This document shows positions 1-12,954 of a stretch of 64,000 bases of DNA, in pieces. The notes under the pieces were generated by a model. It was not told the DNA's origin and did not search any database. It was given only the letters and a program-made list of their open reading frames with translations. Position numbers and translations under genes: made by a program. Every line of letters begins with the position of its first letter. The first letter of the stretch is position 1. This DNA comes from Eledone cirrhosa (taxonomy: Eukaryota), in the NCBI GenBank assembly GCA_964016885.1, contig OZ024741.1:294810001-294874000 (forward strand), given 5' to 3'.

Positions 1-2500
1 CATTATTTTGACAATTAATTGGGCCAGGGGAGAGGTCTGCTGTTGAGACTGTACTAGATCTTCCATTTTGATATCTGACAACCGCGAAATTAGCATTCAC
101 CATCTGTTCGATAATAACTTTATTCACTAATGGGTCGTTCTTTGTACGAATAAAGTTTCTAATATAGGCGTCGTTTCCAACTCTAAGCCAATCTGGTAGG
201 GAAAATCCTAAGGAACCCTTTCGATCAAATCTAAATATGCGGTTATGGGGTGTCTCATTAGTCGCTGTACAGAGAAGTGATCGTTGCGAGGCAAGAACTT
301 CTGGTATGATATCTTCCCACTTAGTTTCTTTAAGTTTGCGCGAGTTAATTATGCATTGAATTCCTTTCCAGAGGACTCCGTTGTAGCGCTCGTTTTGGCC
401 ATTTCCTTGTGGATGGTACGGCGAAGTGCGCGTGTGGGATATACCATTGGACAAGCAGAAATGATCGAATTCTTTGGAGAGAAACTGAGTTCCTCGATCG
501 AAGTGTATGAATGAGGGAGCTCCGAATATTGAAAAGATTTGTTTGAGACAGTTAATGACAGTGTTTGAGGTGATGTCACGCATACCGAAAGCAAAAAGGA
601 ATCTGCTGAATTCGTCTACTGCAGTCAATAAGTATATGTTTCCTGCTTTTGAAGATTTTGGTTTTGGTCCAACGATATCGATTGACAGACGTTCGAACGG
701 GTTGTTGACTTAATGAGTTTAGCAGATGGAGGCTTGAAGAATTTCGTCTACGGAAAAGGGCAGGTTATGGCGTCGGATATAATCGTAAAATCTAGTTACT
801 CCTAGGTGTGCTAGTTGGTCGTGGAGTACTTTTAAATCACAGGGTGGCGATATAGCTGCAGCGATTCTTGAAAGACAATCGGCTTGGGTGTTGAGGTAGC
901 CGGGTTTGTAGTCAATGTCAAATTGATGCTCTGATAGTTCTAAACGCCAGCGAGATATTTTATAATTTTTGATTCGTGATTTTTTACTCGAGAAAATGAA
1001 GGCTACTGGTTTTTGGTCAGTCCGTATAATCGTATGAAAACACTTCACGTATTGCGACCATCTCCGTACAGCTTCAATAATAGCCATAGCTTCTCGCTCC
1101 ACAGTTGATTGTCTTTTCTCGGACGGTGTAAGTGTTCTCGACAGGAAGGCCACGGGCCGTTCGTTTTGAGAAAGTATAGCTCCGATTGCATCGCCAGACG
1201 CATCCGTTTCTATTACCAATGCGTGGTCAGTTTTAAGAGGAATGCTAAGAGCGGCATTAGAGATATCTGCTTTCATGGCTTGTATTACATCTGTAGCTAC
1301 TTTATTCAGCGGGAACGAGTCAGCTTGTAATAGTGGTTGGATTTTCTTCGAGTAATCGGCAATCTACCTAGCATTATAGGCTAGGAATCCAAGGAATCGT
1401 TTCAGTTGTTGTTTGTTTGTTGGAATCGGGTTTCTTTACTCCGTTCTGAATGTTATAACCTAGTATAGATATACTCGTTTGGCAGATTTTACTCTTATCC
1501 GAGTTAAGAGTTAGGTTTTCTGTCTTCACGGCGTTTAATAATGCTTCCACATTTCTATCATGTTCAGCTTTGGTATATCCCGTGACTATGACGTTGTCAA
1601 TATAGGCATAGGTTTTGAGTAAGTTATATTTCTCTATAACTTGATCCATAATTCTCTGAAAAACAGGTACAGCGTTAGTCACGCCAAAGGGTAAGCAGCA
1701 GAATTGGTAGAGTTTGTGATTAGCCTGAAATGCCGTTAGAGGTTTGTCGATTTTTCTTAAAGGTGATACGCTGATTTGAGGTCGAATTCTGAAAAATATT
1801 TATCCTGTGCCACTTTGTTAACAACATCCTCAATGTCGGGGGATGGATAGGCATCCAATTGTGTATACTTATTAATTGTCTGGGAGTAGTCTACCACGAG
1901 TCGAGGTTTCTTTCCGTGTACTATGAAGCACTGAGCTCACCAAGTTGAAATTGATTCCTCAATGATACCGGCTTCTAGGAGGCGAGTTATTTTGGACTTA
2001 ATAAAATTGTCGTCTCTCTTGTTAATGAAACGTCCCTTAGTGGCAATCGGCTTGATATTTGTCTCGGCTAGATCGTGGAAGACAAGAGGCGGATTAACTT
2101 CTATTGTCGGAAAGGTACAGCATAGTTGATTTGAAAATTTCATGGGAGGCCGGGCACCGCCAAGGTGGAGAATAATAGAGCTATGCTGGGTGAGGACATC
2201 CATTCCGATAATGATGTCTGCGACAAGACTTTTTGCAGTGATTAGGTTCACAGAGTATTCCACGCTGTAGATACATATTGGTATGGATGTAGTACCAGTC
2301 GTCATTAATATTTTATTGTCGGCTAGTGTGATTGCCCGTTTTTCTTGTTTTACGCTCAAGTTTAATTCAGTTGCTATGCTATGACGTATAAACAAATCTG
2401 TGGAACCAGGATCGATTAAGGCCTTTAGTGTGGTGTCTTTTATAGTTATCGGGCAGAGAATAGCTTTAGACTGTTTGCCGATATTTAATGAACATATAAG
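1..2500 (-). pseudogene. pol: Pol (protease, RT, RNase H, integrase), frameshifted
   Basis: ORFs 1937..2671, 1374..1682 and 719..1276, plus manual translation of the integrase core and C-terminus (TPHNRIF...LPDWL...DPLV...TVSTADLSP) in 1-715. Confidence 0.9.
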
Positions 2501-3294
2501 TGAGGCTGCTTGCTTACTGCTTTGGCAGTCAGATGTACAGACTGATTGCCAGTGGCCGATCTTCCCACAAGAATAGCATATGTCTTTTCTAGCTGGGCAT
2601 TTATTTCTAGGATGCCTATAAAGTCCACAAAAAAAGCATTTAAATTCACTTTGGGAATTAGCATTTTTCAAGTATTTCAGAAGAGGTTGTTTTGATTTTG
2701 TAGCTGCTACGGTAGGTTCTTGAGAGGATGTAGTTGACAGTGTTGATGAATTCAGAGAGACGTCTAGGTTGAATGATTTAGTAAAATCACTGGATAGTTC
2801 TATTGCATTTGCTATTGCTATGCAGTCTTTTAGGTTTGCTTGAGTATCGTCTAGCTCTAGGAGACGTGCTCATATAGCGTCTGATTGGACTCCTGCTACT
2901 AGTGAATCCAGGATCAACATATCTCTGTGGTCTTTAGCTGTGATGGCTTTACAGTTACATTTTTCCACTAAAAGGTTGCGTCTTTTAATAAACTCTCGGA
3001 CGGTTTCTTCTTGCTTTTGGCGGCATGTTAGGAGTTGATGTCTGGCATAGAGTATACGACTGGGGCTAAGAATTGAGTATCCAGGGTGATTAGTGCTTCG
3101 TTGAAGTTTTCTGCAGATTCGAGTAAACTAAGTAGGTCGGCCCCAGCTTGTGAACGAAGGTAGGTCAATTTATGGTTGTCCTCTACTATGCCATTTATGA
3201 GTAGGAAATCCACAAAACACTTCCGCCACCATCGCCATTGCTCGGATGTGGGGTCATTTGGGAATGTTGGATGTGGAATTTTTAATTGAGCCAT
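2500..3294 (-). pseudogene. gag: Gag (frameshifted) with CCHC zinc knuckles
   Basis: MAQLKIPHPTFPNDPTSEQWRWWRKCF... in ORF 3028..3387, broken near 3030-3060; the knuckles are in ORF 1937..2671. Confidence 0.85.
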
Positions 3295-3406
3295 TGGTAT
3301 TGAGAATGTAGCAAGCTTTGAAGGTAGAGTAAGGGTGGAAACGAATACCACAAAACGTCTAGTCTCGGAACGAAACAGTTGTAACAAATATCATATTGAA
3401 TAAAAT

Positions 3407-3577
3407 TGTTGTGCGTTCTAATATTGCAAAACTAAAGCTCCAATTCCAAGCTTTTATTCAATATCTAGAATATAAAAACAGTAATTAGTCTTGAAGAAAT
3501 ATAACAATAATATTTGTAAGAAAAGAAAGATATGCAATAAAACAAAGTTATATTGAGGATAGATGAACTTCATAACA
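3407..3577 (-). repeat. Putative 5' LTR (~171 bp) of the Gypsy element
   Basis: Bounded by TGTT...AACA termini, has AATAAA on the minus strand and lies just upstream of gag. The second LTR is outside the window, so no direct confirmation. Confidence 0.7.
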
Positions 3578-4199
3578 ATGATAATGATGATGATTAGTGT
3601 CTGGAAGGGCACCCAAGCCGTAGAATTCTGTCTTAAAAGTTTTTTCCAATGCCTGCCACCACAGAAAAGTGTATGTAAAAAATGATAATGATGATGCTTA
3701 TAAAAAAAAATGTTTGTGCAAGTTCGTTTGATTGTTTAGATTTATTTTTATCATAATATATATCAGTGACGAAAGCACTAATGTTATGGTTATCTAGTTC
3801 AGATGAATGCTCTGAGTAGATTGGTTTAAATGCTTAACAATAATAGATCTAAGCTAAGGAAACCCTGAAGTAACCTGCCAAGAAAGATGAGTAATGCTCA
3901 AGCATATTGTCAGAAAATCATGCTGAAGCAGCTGTTTGGACTAAAGAATATAAACAAAACAGATCATATGTCAGACAAATTCAATTTCCTATTGAATATG
4001 TAAGTAATAAGGTTATTATTTTTATTAATTAGTATGTTTTGTGCCATTCAATAACAGTTACTTGAATTATAAACTACTGCATGTAACATTTTAACAGTGT
4101 TCATAATCATTAGATTTCATAATGCTTGCATATATAGTGCCATGTCAAATGGTGCAAAATATAGCCATTGAAAACAGGTGGAACGAAAGGAAGTGAGCA

Positions 4200-4495
4200 T
4201 GCTTTGCTGGATGTATAATATTAATGTATATGAATGATGGAACACAGATAAGTTGAGAGAGAAGATTGGCTGGTGTAATGTGTAATGGATGTGCATTATA
4301 GCAGTTGGATAAAAAGGTGATAGGATTTCCAAGTGGAAGGAAAGTATGGAAGAGGGTATCCAAGGAAGATGTGAACAGAAGTAGTGAAAGTTGATCTTTG
4401 GATGCTTGAATTCACAAGGGAGATGACAAAGGAAATCAAGTTGTAAGATACTGTGAGATATGCAAGCATGGAAAAACAGATGTAAAAATGATATT
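4200..4495 (+). mobile_element. Degenerate RTE LINE 3' fragment
   Basis: Resembles the C-terminal coding part and 3' terminus (GCAAGCATGGAAAA...GATG) of the RTE at 15021-17490. Confidence 0.65.
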
Positions 4496-5349
4496 CTGCA
4501 TTTATTTTCTCATGCTCATGTTACACTAATCTTTATGGTTGATTCTCTCTTTTTGTATCTAATCAATTATAATATTTTAATAGAAAAAATTAATTCCAAA
4601 AAGTCACAATATATTCCAGAAATTCTGTACCTCATAATTTAATTTGAATGTGAACCTTTATATTTTCATTGTTAGTTTTAGTTAAATTCCAGTTTAATTA
4701 TCTCCAGTTTTAAACATGAAAGACATGATGATAATCTATTCTCACCAGCCCATTTTATATAAACATTGTACAGGCTCATGCTTCAAGCTTAATCAATACC
4801 TAATGCATTGTGCTTTGTTACAGCCTTCTTTATTTATACTCTTTCCATTGTTTAATACATCTGGATTGTGTAATACATCTTTTATTAGAAAATGTTACAC
4901 TTCAGCATAGAGTTTGAGAACATTTCAAAGCTCAATGCATTTTCTTACTTGCACATATGTGTTTGTATGTGTATACACACACACACACACACAAACTCAT
5001 ATATATATATTTATATATATGTATATATACATATTTATACAAGAAGGTTATTCCAGTAACTTCTTAGATTCTTTACAAAAGGCTGTTGTTAATAGCTTCA
5101 TGGTGCTTCCACTATTAGAGATAGTTTAAGATTAATCATCAATCGTCTATAAGAAACTTCTCAAATGACCTCTGAAATGAACTTGAGAAGCAGTGCAACT
5201 CTTCTTATTGAGAGATCTATTGAGAAAAACACACACAAGACAATGGGATGTAGCTATATAACTACATGATACAAGATGCCATCTTACTGCACAGCACCTT
5301 CCAATCTACTTGGTTGTAAAGAAGTTCAAGTAGTATGATGTATAGTATG

Positions 5350-5635
5350 TGGTGGCATGTTGCCTAGTGGTAAGGGTGTTGGACTTATGATCATACTGTC
5401 ATGGGTTCGATTCCTGGAATGGGCCATGTGTTGTGTTCTTGAACAAAATGCTTCATTTCATGTTGCTCCAGTATATTCAGTTGAAAGTGAGTACCAGCAA
5501 TAGCTAAGGGTTTAACCCTCTGATGGACTGGCATGCTGTTCAGGGGGAGTCTTATACTCTCAGTTGCTTTATGTCACAGTAACTGGGATAAGCACTAGCC
5601 TGATGAACCTCCAAGCTCGAGGGAGACTTTAGACA
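5350..5635 (+). mobile_element. tRNA-derived SINE, family A
   Basis: A-box-like TTGCCTAGTGG and B-box GGTTCGATTCC, followed by a body with TGATGGACTGGCAT...CAGGG. An antisense copy lies at ~30760-31030 and a head fragment at ~12340-12428. Confidence 0.8.
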
Positions 5636-6544
5636 GACTTTAAACTTAATGTGTGGCATGCAGCTTTATTTTGAATGTCTATAAAAAATGTTTGAAAAAA
5701 TGAATATTTCAGTGATTTTACAAACAACTACAGCAATAATTGTTATTAATCAGATTAAAGAATAGTAGAATCCATATAACTGCCTCCTAAAATGTCTCAA
5801 AATTTCTTGAATGCACTTTGTATACAGATATATTATTGTTATTTGTATTTTATAGTCTTTTATGAAATCAACATTTTTTATTGAGTAATTCGACACAATG
5901 TTGAATGACCATAATATATTTATGTTCTTCAAAATTGACAAATAGTAATATTCTGGTAAATGTTTCCAGCAGATTAATAGTAGCTAAGGGGTAAACAGAT
6001 TGGGATGAAGTTCTAGTGATAGCCTCAACACTCTCTTCTGTTCTGTTAGATGTTGAAGATAGACACCAGATTATTGAAGCTGTATTCACAGCAATAAATT
6101 ATCATCATTTTATCTATGAAGTCATGCAGGATATAAAATATCGGGATGGGCAAATTTCATGGGATGGTGAACACACCTATTAATTTCTACTGAAGAAGAT
6201 ATACATACAATCATTAAATTTATGCTGTCATCACTAATTTCTGTTTTGTTTCTAATTGATTTTATGTACTCATAATTTCATTATATTGTCAGACATAAAA
6301 ACATTACTTGCATGTACTGTAACATATTTCTATAGAGATGACAAATTCAATTTAAAGAAATGGTATTTGTTGAATCCTTTTTTTTTTTAATTTGTAATAA
6401 TTATACAAAATATTGACACTAAATCATTTGAAACAATATTCTTTGAGTGAATGTTTATAACAATTAAACCATGCTCATGCTATTATTTATAAGAATGCTG
6501 AAAGGGATTGTCTTGTAAATTTATAATATTAATGAGTAAGTTTA

Positions 6545-6890
6545 TCATCATCATCATCGATTTAACATCCACTTCCTTTGCAAGCAAGGGTTAGATGGAT
6601 CTACATAGACCAAATCCGTACTGAAGTGGAGCCAGGCAGGTCAGAGATCTGTGTCTCGCTTTATGTATAGTCAACATTCCATCAAGTACACAGGAGAGAT
6701 TGGCATGTTTTTGACACAACTGAGGATCCTCCCAACCCTTTTGTTAGGCAAAGTTTTTATGGCTGGATGCACCCCACCCCACCTATCTCCAACCACATTA
6801 CAGCATGTATTGGGTGCGTTTATCATGTAGACCATCAGCACTAGGAATGCTGTCATGCCCTTGACATGGCTGAAGGATCATCTTGACTGT
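6545..6890 (-). mobile_element. RTE-related 3' end with (GAT)n tail
   Basis: (CAT)n followed by TTTAACATCCACTTCC...GCAAGGGTTAGATGG and GGCTGGATGC, motifs shared with other RTE 3' ends here. Confidence 0.65.
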
Positions 6891-8229
6891 TACATATATA
6901 AAAATAAAGTAATAATTCAGTTAATAATCTCAACTAAAAAATGGTTACTTTTAAATTACTTGAATATATATGAAAGATAAAATATATTCTTTCAGTCACC
7001 TTTAGACTGATTTGAATCTAAAAATTGAGATCTGAAAGTAAACATATCTGTCATATCTCATTGGTTCATCTATAATTGTCACTCTCTTAATGGTGTATAA
7101 TTTCATAAATATGAATAATCTCTCTTTCTCTCTACATCTGGCTGTAACTTTGTATATCAAATAACTGATTCATCATCAATAATTAACATTTCTAGAACCC
7201 ATTGCTATGGCATAATTTAAATAGATTGTTGCTTTATATTTATGTGTGACTGTATGTAGATGAAAGATAGAGAGAAGAGAAAATAAACAGAGGGAGGGCG
7301 AGCTTAGGTGTGTGTGTTTGCATTTTCATTCAGATGTTTCCAGTCTTGTTAAGAGATTAAGAGATCCTAATATAAGAACAAATGTGTTTATATTTAATTT
7401 CAGCATTCATAACTCACATTATTTTGTTGTAAATTATGAAAATAGATGTTTTCATCAAAATTACTAAATTTATGTCAACAAATTTTTATTCAAATATCTC
7501 CTGAATTGTATACATTAATAATCTATGTATCCATCTATAAAGTTGTGTCATCAACATGATCAATTTAAATAAAAATATTTTTAAGTTCTTAAATAAGCTA
7601 GCTAATTTTACTGTTAACATATTTACTACAATACTAATTACATTTTGATGCCTATCAGAGCATTAGGATGATATACCAAGCATTAATAACTCTAGTCAAA
7701 AAATATAATGTAAATAAAACTTGATAAATTATTTCAGTAATATTAAGTGCTAAAACTGTGAAAATACTTAATTCTTATCAGCCACAAAATACCTTACATT
7801 TGATCTGTTCACACCATTTAAATTACGTTCATATTTTTGCAGATATAACTAATTACAAAATCTTAACTTGAAACCATTGAAAATTCTTTTTTCTCCCAAT
7901 TTTTACACATTTCTAATACATTAATGTGGTTTAATAGTATCAGAGATCTTTTGTAGATGGTTATGAGAGAATTTGATCTCACTACTTCATTAATCACCTT
8001 TCCTCTCTCTCTCACATTCTTCATGTTTCATTCTATTCTTAACTGCTCTACTGCTAAAAGTTTTTATATTACAAAGAGTTTAGTGCCTATAATGTTATAG
8101 AAACTCCAAAGTTTATATATAACATCATATCCACATGCCCCTCTTCAGTATGGGACATAATGTTATGATATTACAGGAACAGATATATTTGAACTTTACA
8201 CACACACATATATATATATATATATTATT

Positions 8230-8360
8230 GAAATGACTTCTACAGGACTAAAATAGTTTCATTCATAAGAAATCACCAGGAACGTCTTTACTCCTGTAGA
8301 ATTCATTTCTACTATAAAATGAAAATGCCTATACTCTTCTAACATATTGAGTACCTTTTT
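8230..8360. mobile_element. Small hammerhead-like repeat (family H1), inverted partial copy plus forward end
   Basis: Similar to 11916-11982, 12773-12880 and 60001-60100. The minus strand reads GACGTTC-CTGGTGA-T-TTCTTATGAA-T-GAAA...TA-GAAGTC. Flanked by (TA)n. Confidence 0.6.
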
Positions 8361-8403
8361 TAACTGTGATCATTTTCCAATATACATGGGAATCCACCTA
8401 TTT

Positions 8404-8446
<43 letters not shown>

Positions 8447-9139
8447 AACAAACTATTACATGGCTAGTACTGGTATTATTGTGTAGAGATCTATAAATGG
8501 GTATTATGTATGTATAGATTGAAGGACTGAAAGATTTATAACTGAATGCATATCAAATGGTATTAACCAGCTAGATCTGGTATCTTGTTTCAGGAGGTGA
8601 AGGAAAGTTCTGACCAACAACTAAAAATTAAAATAACAACAAAAAATACTACAGCCTAGTTTGAATCCTGATCTAATTTGCTATAGCCCCCACACCTTTA
8701 ACCAGTCATCCGGTGAATCCTAAATCTAATGAAATCTATTTTGGTCATTATGTCTTCAGCTATGTTTTGAATTTTCATTATAATTCTTTGTATGATTTCC
8801 AGTCGTTGTATTATGAACAATGTATTTTAATTTTGTCTGTTTGCTACAGAAGAGTAAAAGGCATTCTGATACTAAATACAACCACTTGGTATTAAAATGG
8901 ATGACTAAACTTTGTGTGTGTATGTGTGTACATCCATCAAACATGATTCTTTTCATCCTTTCACATAACTTGCTTCTTGATTAATCAAATATTTGCTCAG
9001 CAAGAATCATTTAGCTTAGTTTTTTAATAGATCACATTAATTAGTTTTGTTCATTGTAAAATTGTGCAGATTTAGCTATTCCATTAATGATTAGACAGAA
9101 ATTTGCCCAAGATAATGACTACAATTGCTCAAAGACAGT

Positions 9140-9360
9140 TATTGCTAGAAAAGTAAGCAGGAAGTTATACACAAGCTACTATTATACGAACCAACTCATG
9201 GGAGATGCAGTGAAGGAAGACCTGCTTTAATCTTTATCAACCAACTCTCAGGCAATACAAACCTCAGTAGGGAGCAGTTATCAGAAGTAATGGAAAATCA
9301 TGAATTGAGGAAAGACTTTGTCAGGAATGTTTAACTCTGGTTGCAATGATGGTGATGATG
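9140..9360 (+). mobile_element. RTE-like LINE C-terminal remnant (different subfamily)
   Basis: Translates as KLLLYEPTHGRCSEGRPALIFINQLSGNT...VMENHELRK, matching the RTE C-terminal GRP motif; short GATGGTGATGATG tail. Confidence 0.6.
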
Positions 9361-10992
9361 CTTAGACTTCAGTTACTACATTATGATATACATGGTTGTT
9401 AGTTGTTGAGATCTCTAAAATCTGGCAAGTGTATTTTAGTTGCACTGCCTAGTGGGTAATGAAAAAGAATTTTGCAGTTCAAGAATTTAGTTTTATATAA
9501 CCAGTAAAGTAATGAATTGACAATAGAGATGTGGTATTTCACAGACTGTTCATTAGTTAGCAAATGAGTAAGAATGTGAGGACACCTTAGTTTTGCAAAG
9601 AATATAACAATCTCTTTTGTACTCATGCCACTATCAAATGCCATAGAATCCATGTCAAAAATGGAATGTGTGAGTGAGAGATGGTTCTCTAACTTGTCCA
9701 AGATGATATATGATGATATATGATGATGGTGGTCTGGTGGTATGATGATAATGATACAATGATATTGATATCAAGGTGATAATAATGATGATGATGATAC
9801 TAAATTATTGAACTGTGTTACATTTTAAGTATTACATGAAGTAATGTAAATCAGCACCCCTTTAATTTCTGGTTAGAAATAGGGAAAAATAAATCATTAG
9901 ACATGAGAGAGAGAAATTATCTTATTTTTGGCTTTGTGGCAACTAATGATTACAGACCAGTGTGCTGAAACCTGATGGCCTATTTTATTGGAATATTGTT
10001 ATGAGGTTTACCGATTCAGGTTATATATATATATATATATATATATTGATACTGGGTATATCTGCTTTTAACTCTTATTCAGTTAACCAAATATAAATAC
10101 ACCTCTAGTATTATAGAATGTCAATAGCCTTATTATTCAGCCATGCTTACATAATGTATATTTAGATGTTTGTTGCAATAAATGCACACTCACTTTCATT
10201 TGCAAGTTGTTCTACTATTGTAAGTGTAATGAAGATCACAGTATATAACTCAAACAAAAACTGCAATGCTTTTTCAAATTGTAGACAATTTACATTGACA
10301 ATACATATACATATATTAGACATTTTTACATTGACAATGTGATATACATATACATATATTAGTAAAAGTAGATGATTGACCACAAGCTTGGCAGTTTTGA
10401 AGCCAAAACTGTTTAGCTCATTGTTAATCCTTTACTTTTATTAATACATCCACCCTGAATCTTAGCCTGTATCGAGCGCTTCCCTGATTTTGTAAAAAGA
10501 ATTTTATATCCAAAGTTGGCAAAGCACTTAGTCTAAGGAACGAGTTGTATTATACAAAATTTGGTCAAATTTACAACATTCTCATCTGTCAAATGCATGC
10601 ATTTCCCTGGGGAAATTATTTCCACAGCCCATCAGTTCTGGGAAGAAATAAGTGGAATTGGACAAAGATTTAGCCATGAGCATGTGAGGATAAAAGCCAA
10701 AGAGCTGCAGGCATTGGATGTATTTGGTTTAGAGTGATTATACTTTTAAACTGGTAAGTTAATTTGATTGTTCAGAAGAGCAGATATCAGTATGGTATCA
10801 GTAGAAAAGACATACAATCCCAACCACCACCACCATTCAACTAAGGTAATTACACCTCTTCCTTGAGATGTACTTGAACTTCTACTAACTTGCAAAAACA
10901 CATAATTTTTACACCAGCAAGGATTATCATTATAATTAAATAATTAATGTTATATTTAAATTATATATATATGATTTTATATATATATAAAA

Positions 10993-11312
10993 TCATCACC
11001 ATCATCATCATGTCCGCTTTCCTTGCTTGCAAGGGTGGGACGGGTCTTATTAAGCACGATATCTCTCTATTCGTCATGGGATTGTAATATCTAGTTACTG
11101 TAGGTTCACCAGGATGAGCACTCGATGCATAGATTCCAGTAGGTATCTGTTGTACTAGGCAGAGTGTAATAAAAAGGATGAAGTGTTAGATCTTCATTAC
11201 GTTTATTGAGGTGTGACGTGCATTTCGCGATTGATCTGCTCATGGTTTGATCTGTATCGATCTGGCCTGATGCTGGAATCAAGAGCACATCGGACTTCTG
11301 TCATTACCATAA
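10993..11312 (-). mobile_element. RTE-related 3' UTR fragment with (GAT)n tail inserted in (TA)n
   Basis: (CAT)n followed by GTCCGCTTTCCTTGCTTGCAAGGGTGGGACGGG, similar to the RTE terminus at 15040-15085. Confidence 0.6.
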
Positions 11313-11878
11313 CAGTATATATATATGTATATTTACTTATATATATATACACATGTATTTTAATTTTCAGAAACTTTAAATGATCAGGGGAAATAACTTG
11401 ATATATTTATTCCATCTGTTTGTGTTCTGAGTTCAAATCCTACTGAATTCGACTTAGCTTTTCATCCTTCTAGAGTTAAGAAATAAACAGTTTAGGGTGA
11501 TGGAATACTGTTATTTTGCACACTAATTTAACTTAGGCTGTTTCATTGATCAAACAACCGAAATTCTCATCATTGAAATCAACTTACGTTCAATTCATTA
11601 TCACTAAGATAAAACAGTTCTTTACTTTAGGAATCTTAAAATCTGTTGTTTTAACCCTTTTAGCATTTAAACCAGCTGTTTAAATATTAGTTTTCTGTCT
11701 CCTGAATAGATTGCAATCAGAATGAAAAAGATGTAAAAAAAATATGGAAACCGAAGAAATAATTTTCAAGTAACTAATCCAATTTTTCAAACTGTAATTT
11801 AGCAATATTAAGATAGAATGGTCATGAATGATACAATAAAATTATAGGTAAGTGGGAATTGGCAAACTCGTTAGATAT

Positions 11879-11914
<36 letters not shown>

Positions 11915-12001
11915 CATCAGGAAAGCCCTTATTATTTCCTTCGAATGAAACAATTCTAGTCCTGTAGAAGCCATTCCTATATTAGATATATATATATATG
12001 A

Positions 12002-12762
12002 CCTGGTCATTAAACATTTTGACAACATGTGGGGCAGAGATTTTAAACAAACTTTTTGCACTCGACAAAAGGTATTTTGTACAATGTAGGACATATATTA
12101 AGACACTTCCACTGATGAATAGATCATGTCTTTTGGTGCCTTACCCAAATCGTTAGTATATTATATATATATATATATATATAGTATTTATTCCATTGAA
12201 TCTGAATATAATGAATCAACACAATTTTGTCATTTCCTCTAATTTGTCAGAGTATCTTTAAACAGAAAAAGCAAGGTAACTTAACTGAATAACTCATCTT
12301 TCTAACCAAATCCAATTTTTTACAGGCTTCATCTGCATTGTGGAGGTACATGGTTTGTGGTTAAAGTTTTGAACACACAATCATAAAGACCTGGGTTTGA
12401 TTCCCAGACTGGGTAAAGCAATGTGTCTTTGGATTCGGTTAGAAAGATGAGTTATTCAGTTAAGTTACCTTGCTTTTTCTGTTTAAAGATACTCTGACAA
12501 ATTACAGGAAATGACAAAATTGTGTTGATTCATTATATTCAGATTCAGTGGAATAAATACTATATATATATATATGCATATATATATATATATATATATA
12601 TAATATACTAACGATTTGGGTAAGGCACCAAAAGACATGATCTATTCATCAGTGGAAGTGTCTTAATATATGTCCCACATTATACAAAATACCTTTTGTC
12701 GGGTGCAAAAAGTTTGTTTAAAATCTCTGCCCCTCATGTTGTCAAAATGTTCAATGACCAGG
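12002..12762. repeat. Long inverted duplication (arms 12002-12315 and 12429-12762, spacer ~113 bp)
   Basis: The arms are reverse complements with only scattered substitutions and a different internal (TA)n length. Confidence 0.95.
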
Positions 12763-12772
12763 GCATATATAT

Positions 12773-12834
12773 ATCAGGAAAGCCCTGATGATTTCCTTCG
12801 AATGAAACAGTTCTAGTCCTGTAGAAGCCATTTC
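12773..12834 (+). ncRNA. Hammerhead-ribozyme-like motif, family H1 (core intact, helix I 5' strand degenerate)
   Basis: CTGATGA(12785-91)-T-TTC/CTTC/GAA-T-GAAA-CAG/TTCTAGTC/CTG-TA-GAAGCC. A direct-repeat copy with a mutated core lies at 11916-11982. Confidence 0.55.
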
Positions 12835-12913
12835 TATATTAAATATTCATACTCTGCTATGTAATGAGTACCTTACTTACTGTGGTTACCCCCAATTGAA
12901 CACAGACACACAT

Positions 12914-12954
<41 letters not shown>

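Larger units (their letters stand above)
1..3577 (-). mobile_element. Ty3/Gypsy LTR retrotransposon, Mag-like, decayed; 3' end runs off the window start
   Basis: Minus-strand order LTR-gag-PR-RT-RNaseH-IN. Gag has a double zinc knuckle (CFFCGLYRHPRNKCPARKDICYSCGKIGHWQSVC); protease ALIDPGS; RT YAYIDNV; RNase H ETDASG...EREAMA...RTDQKP; integrase SIDIVGP...HFDRG...GQNERYN. Several frameshifts split the ORFs. Confidence 0.95.

Noticed and set aside
3785-3830. TGGTTATCTAG similarity to miR-9 within a short hairpin
   Set aside because: The seed does not match and the stem is too short for a pre-miRNA.
3880-4004. Open stretch ending in a GTAAGT donor
   Set aside because: No clear acceptor, stops in all frames just upstream, and no recognisable protein.
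5350-5425. tRNA gene
   Set aside because: A/B boxes are present but there is no intact cloverleaf and it continues into a SINE body.
5998-6183. Protein-like open frame DWDEVLVIAST...GEHTY*
   Set aside because: Weak acceptor, in-frame stop immediately upstream, and no recognisable family.
12002-12762. Arm mismatches as a retro-copied A-to-I editing signature
   Set aside because: The few differences are of mixed types; no clear A-to-G bias can be claimed.
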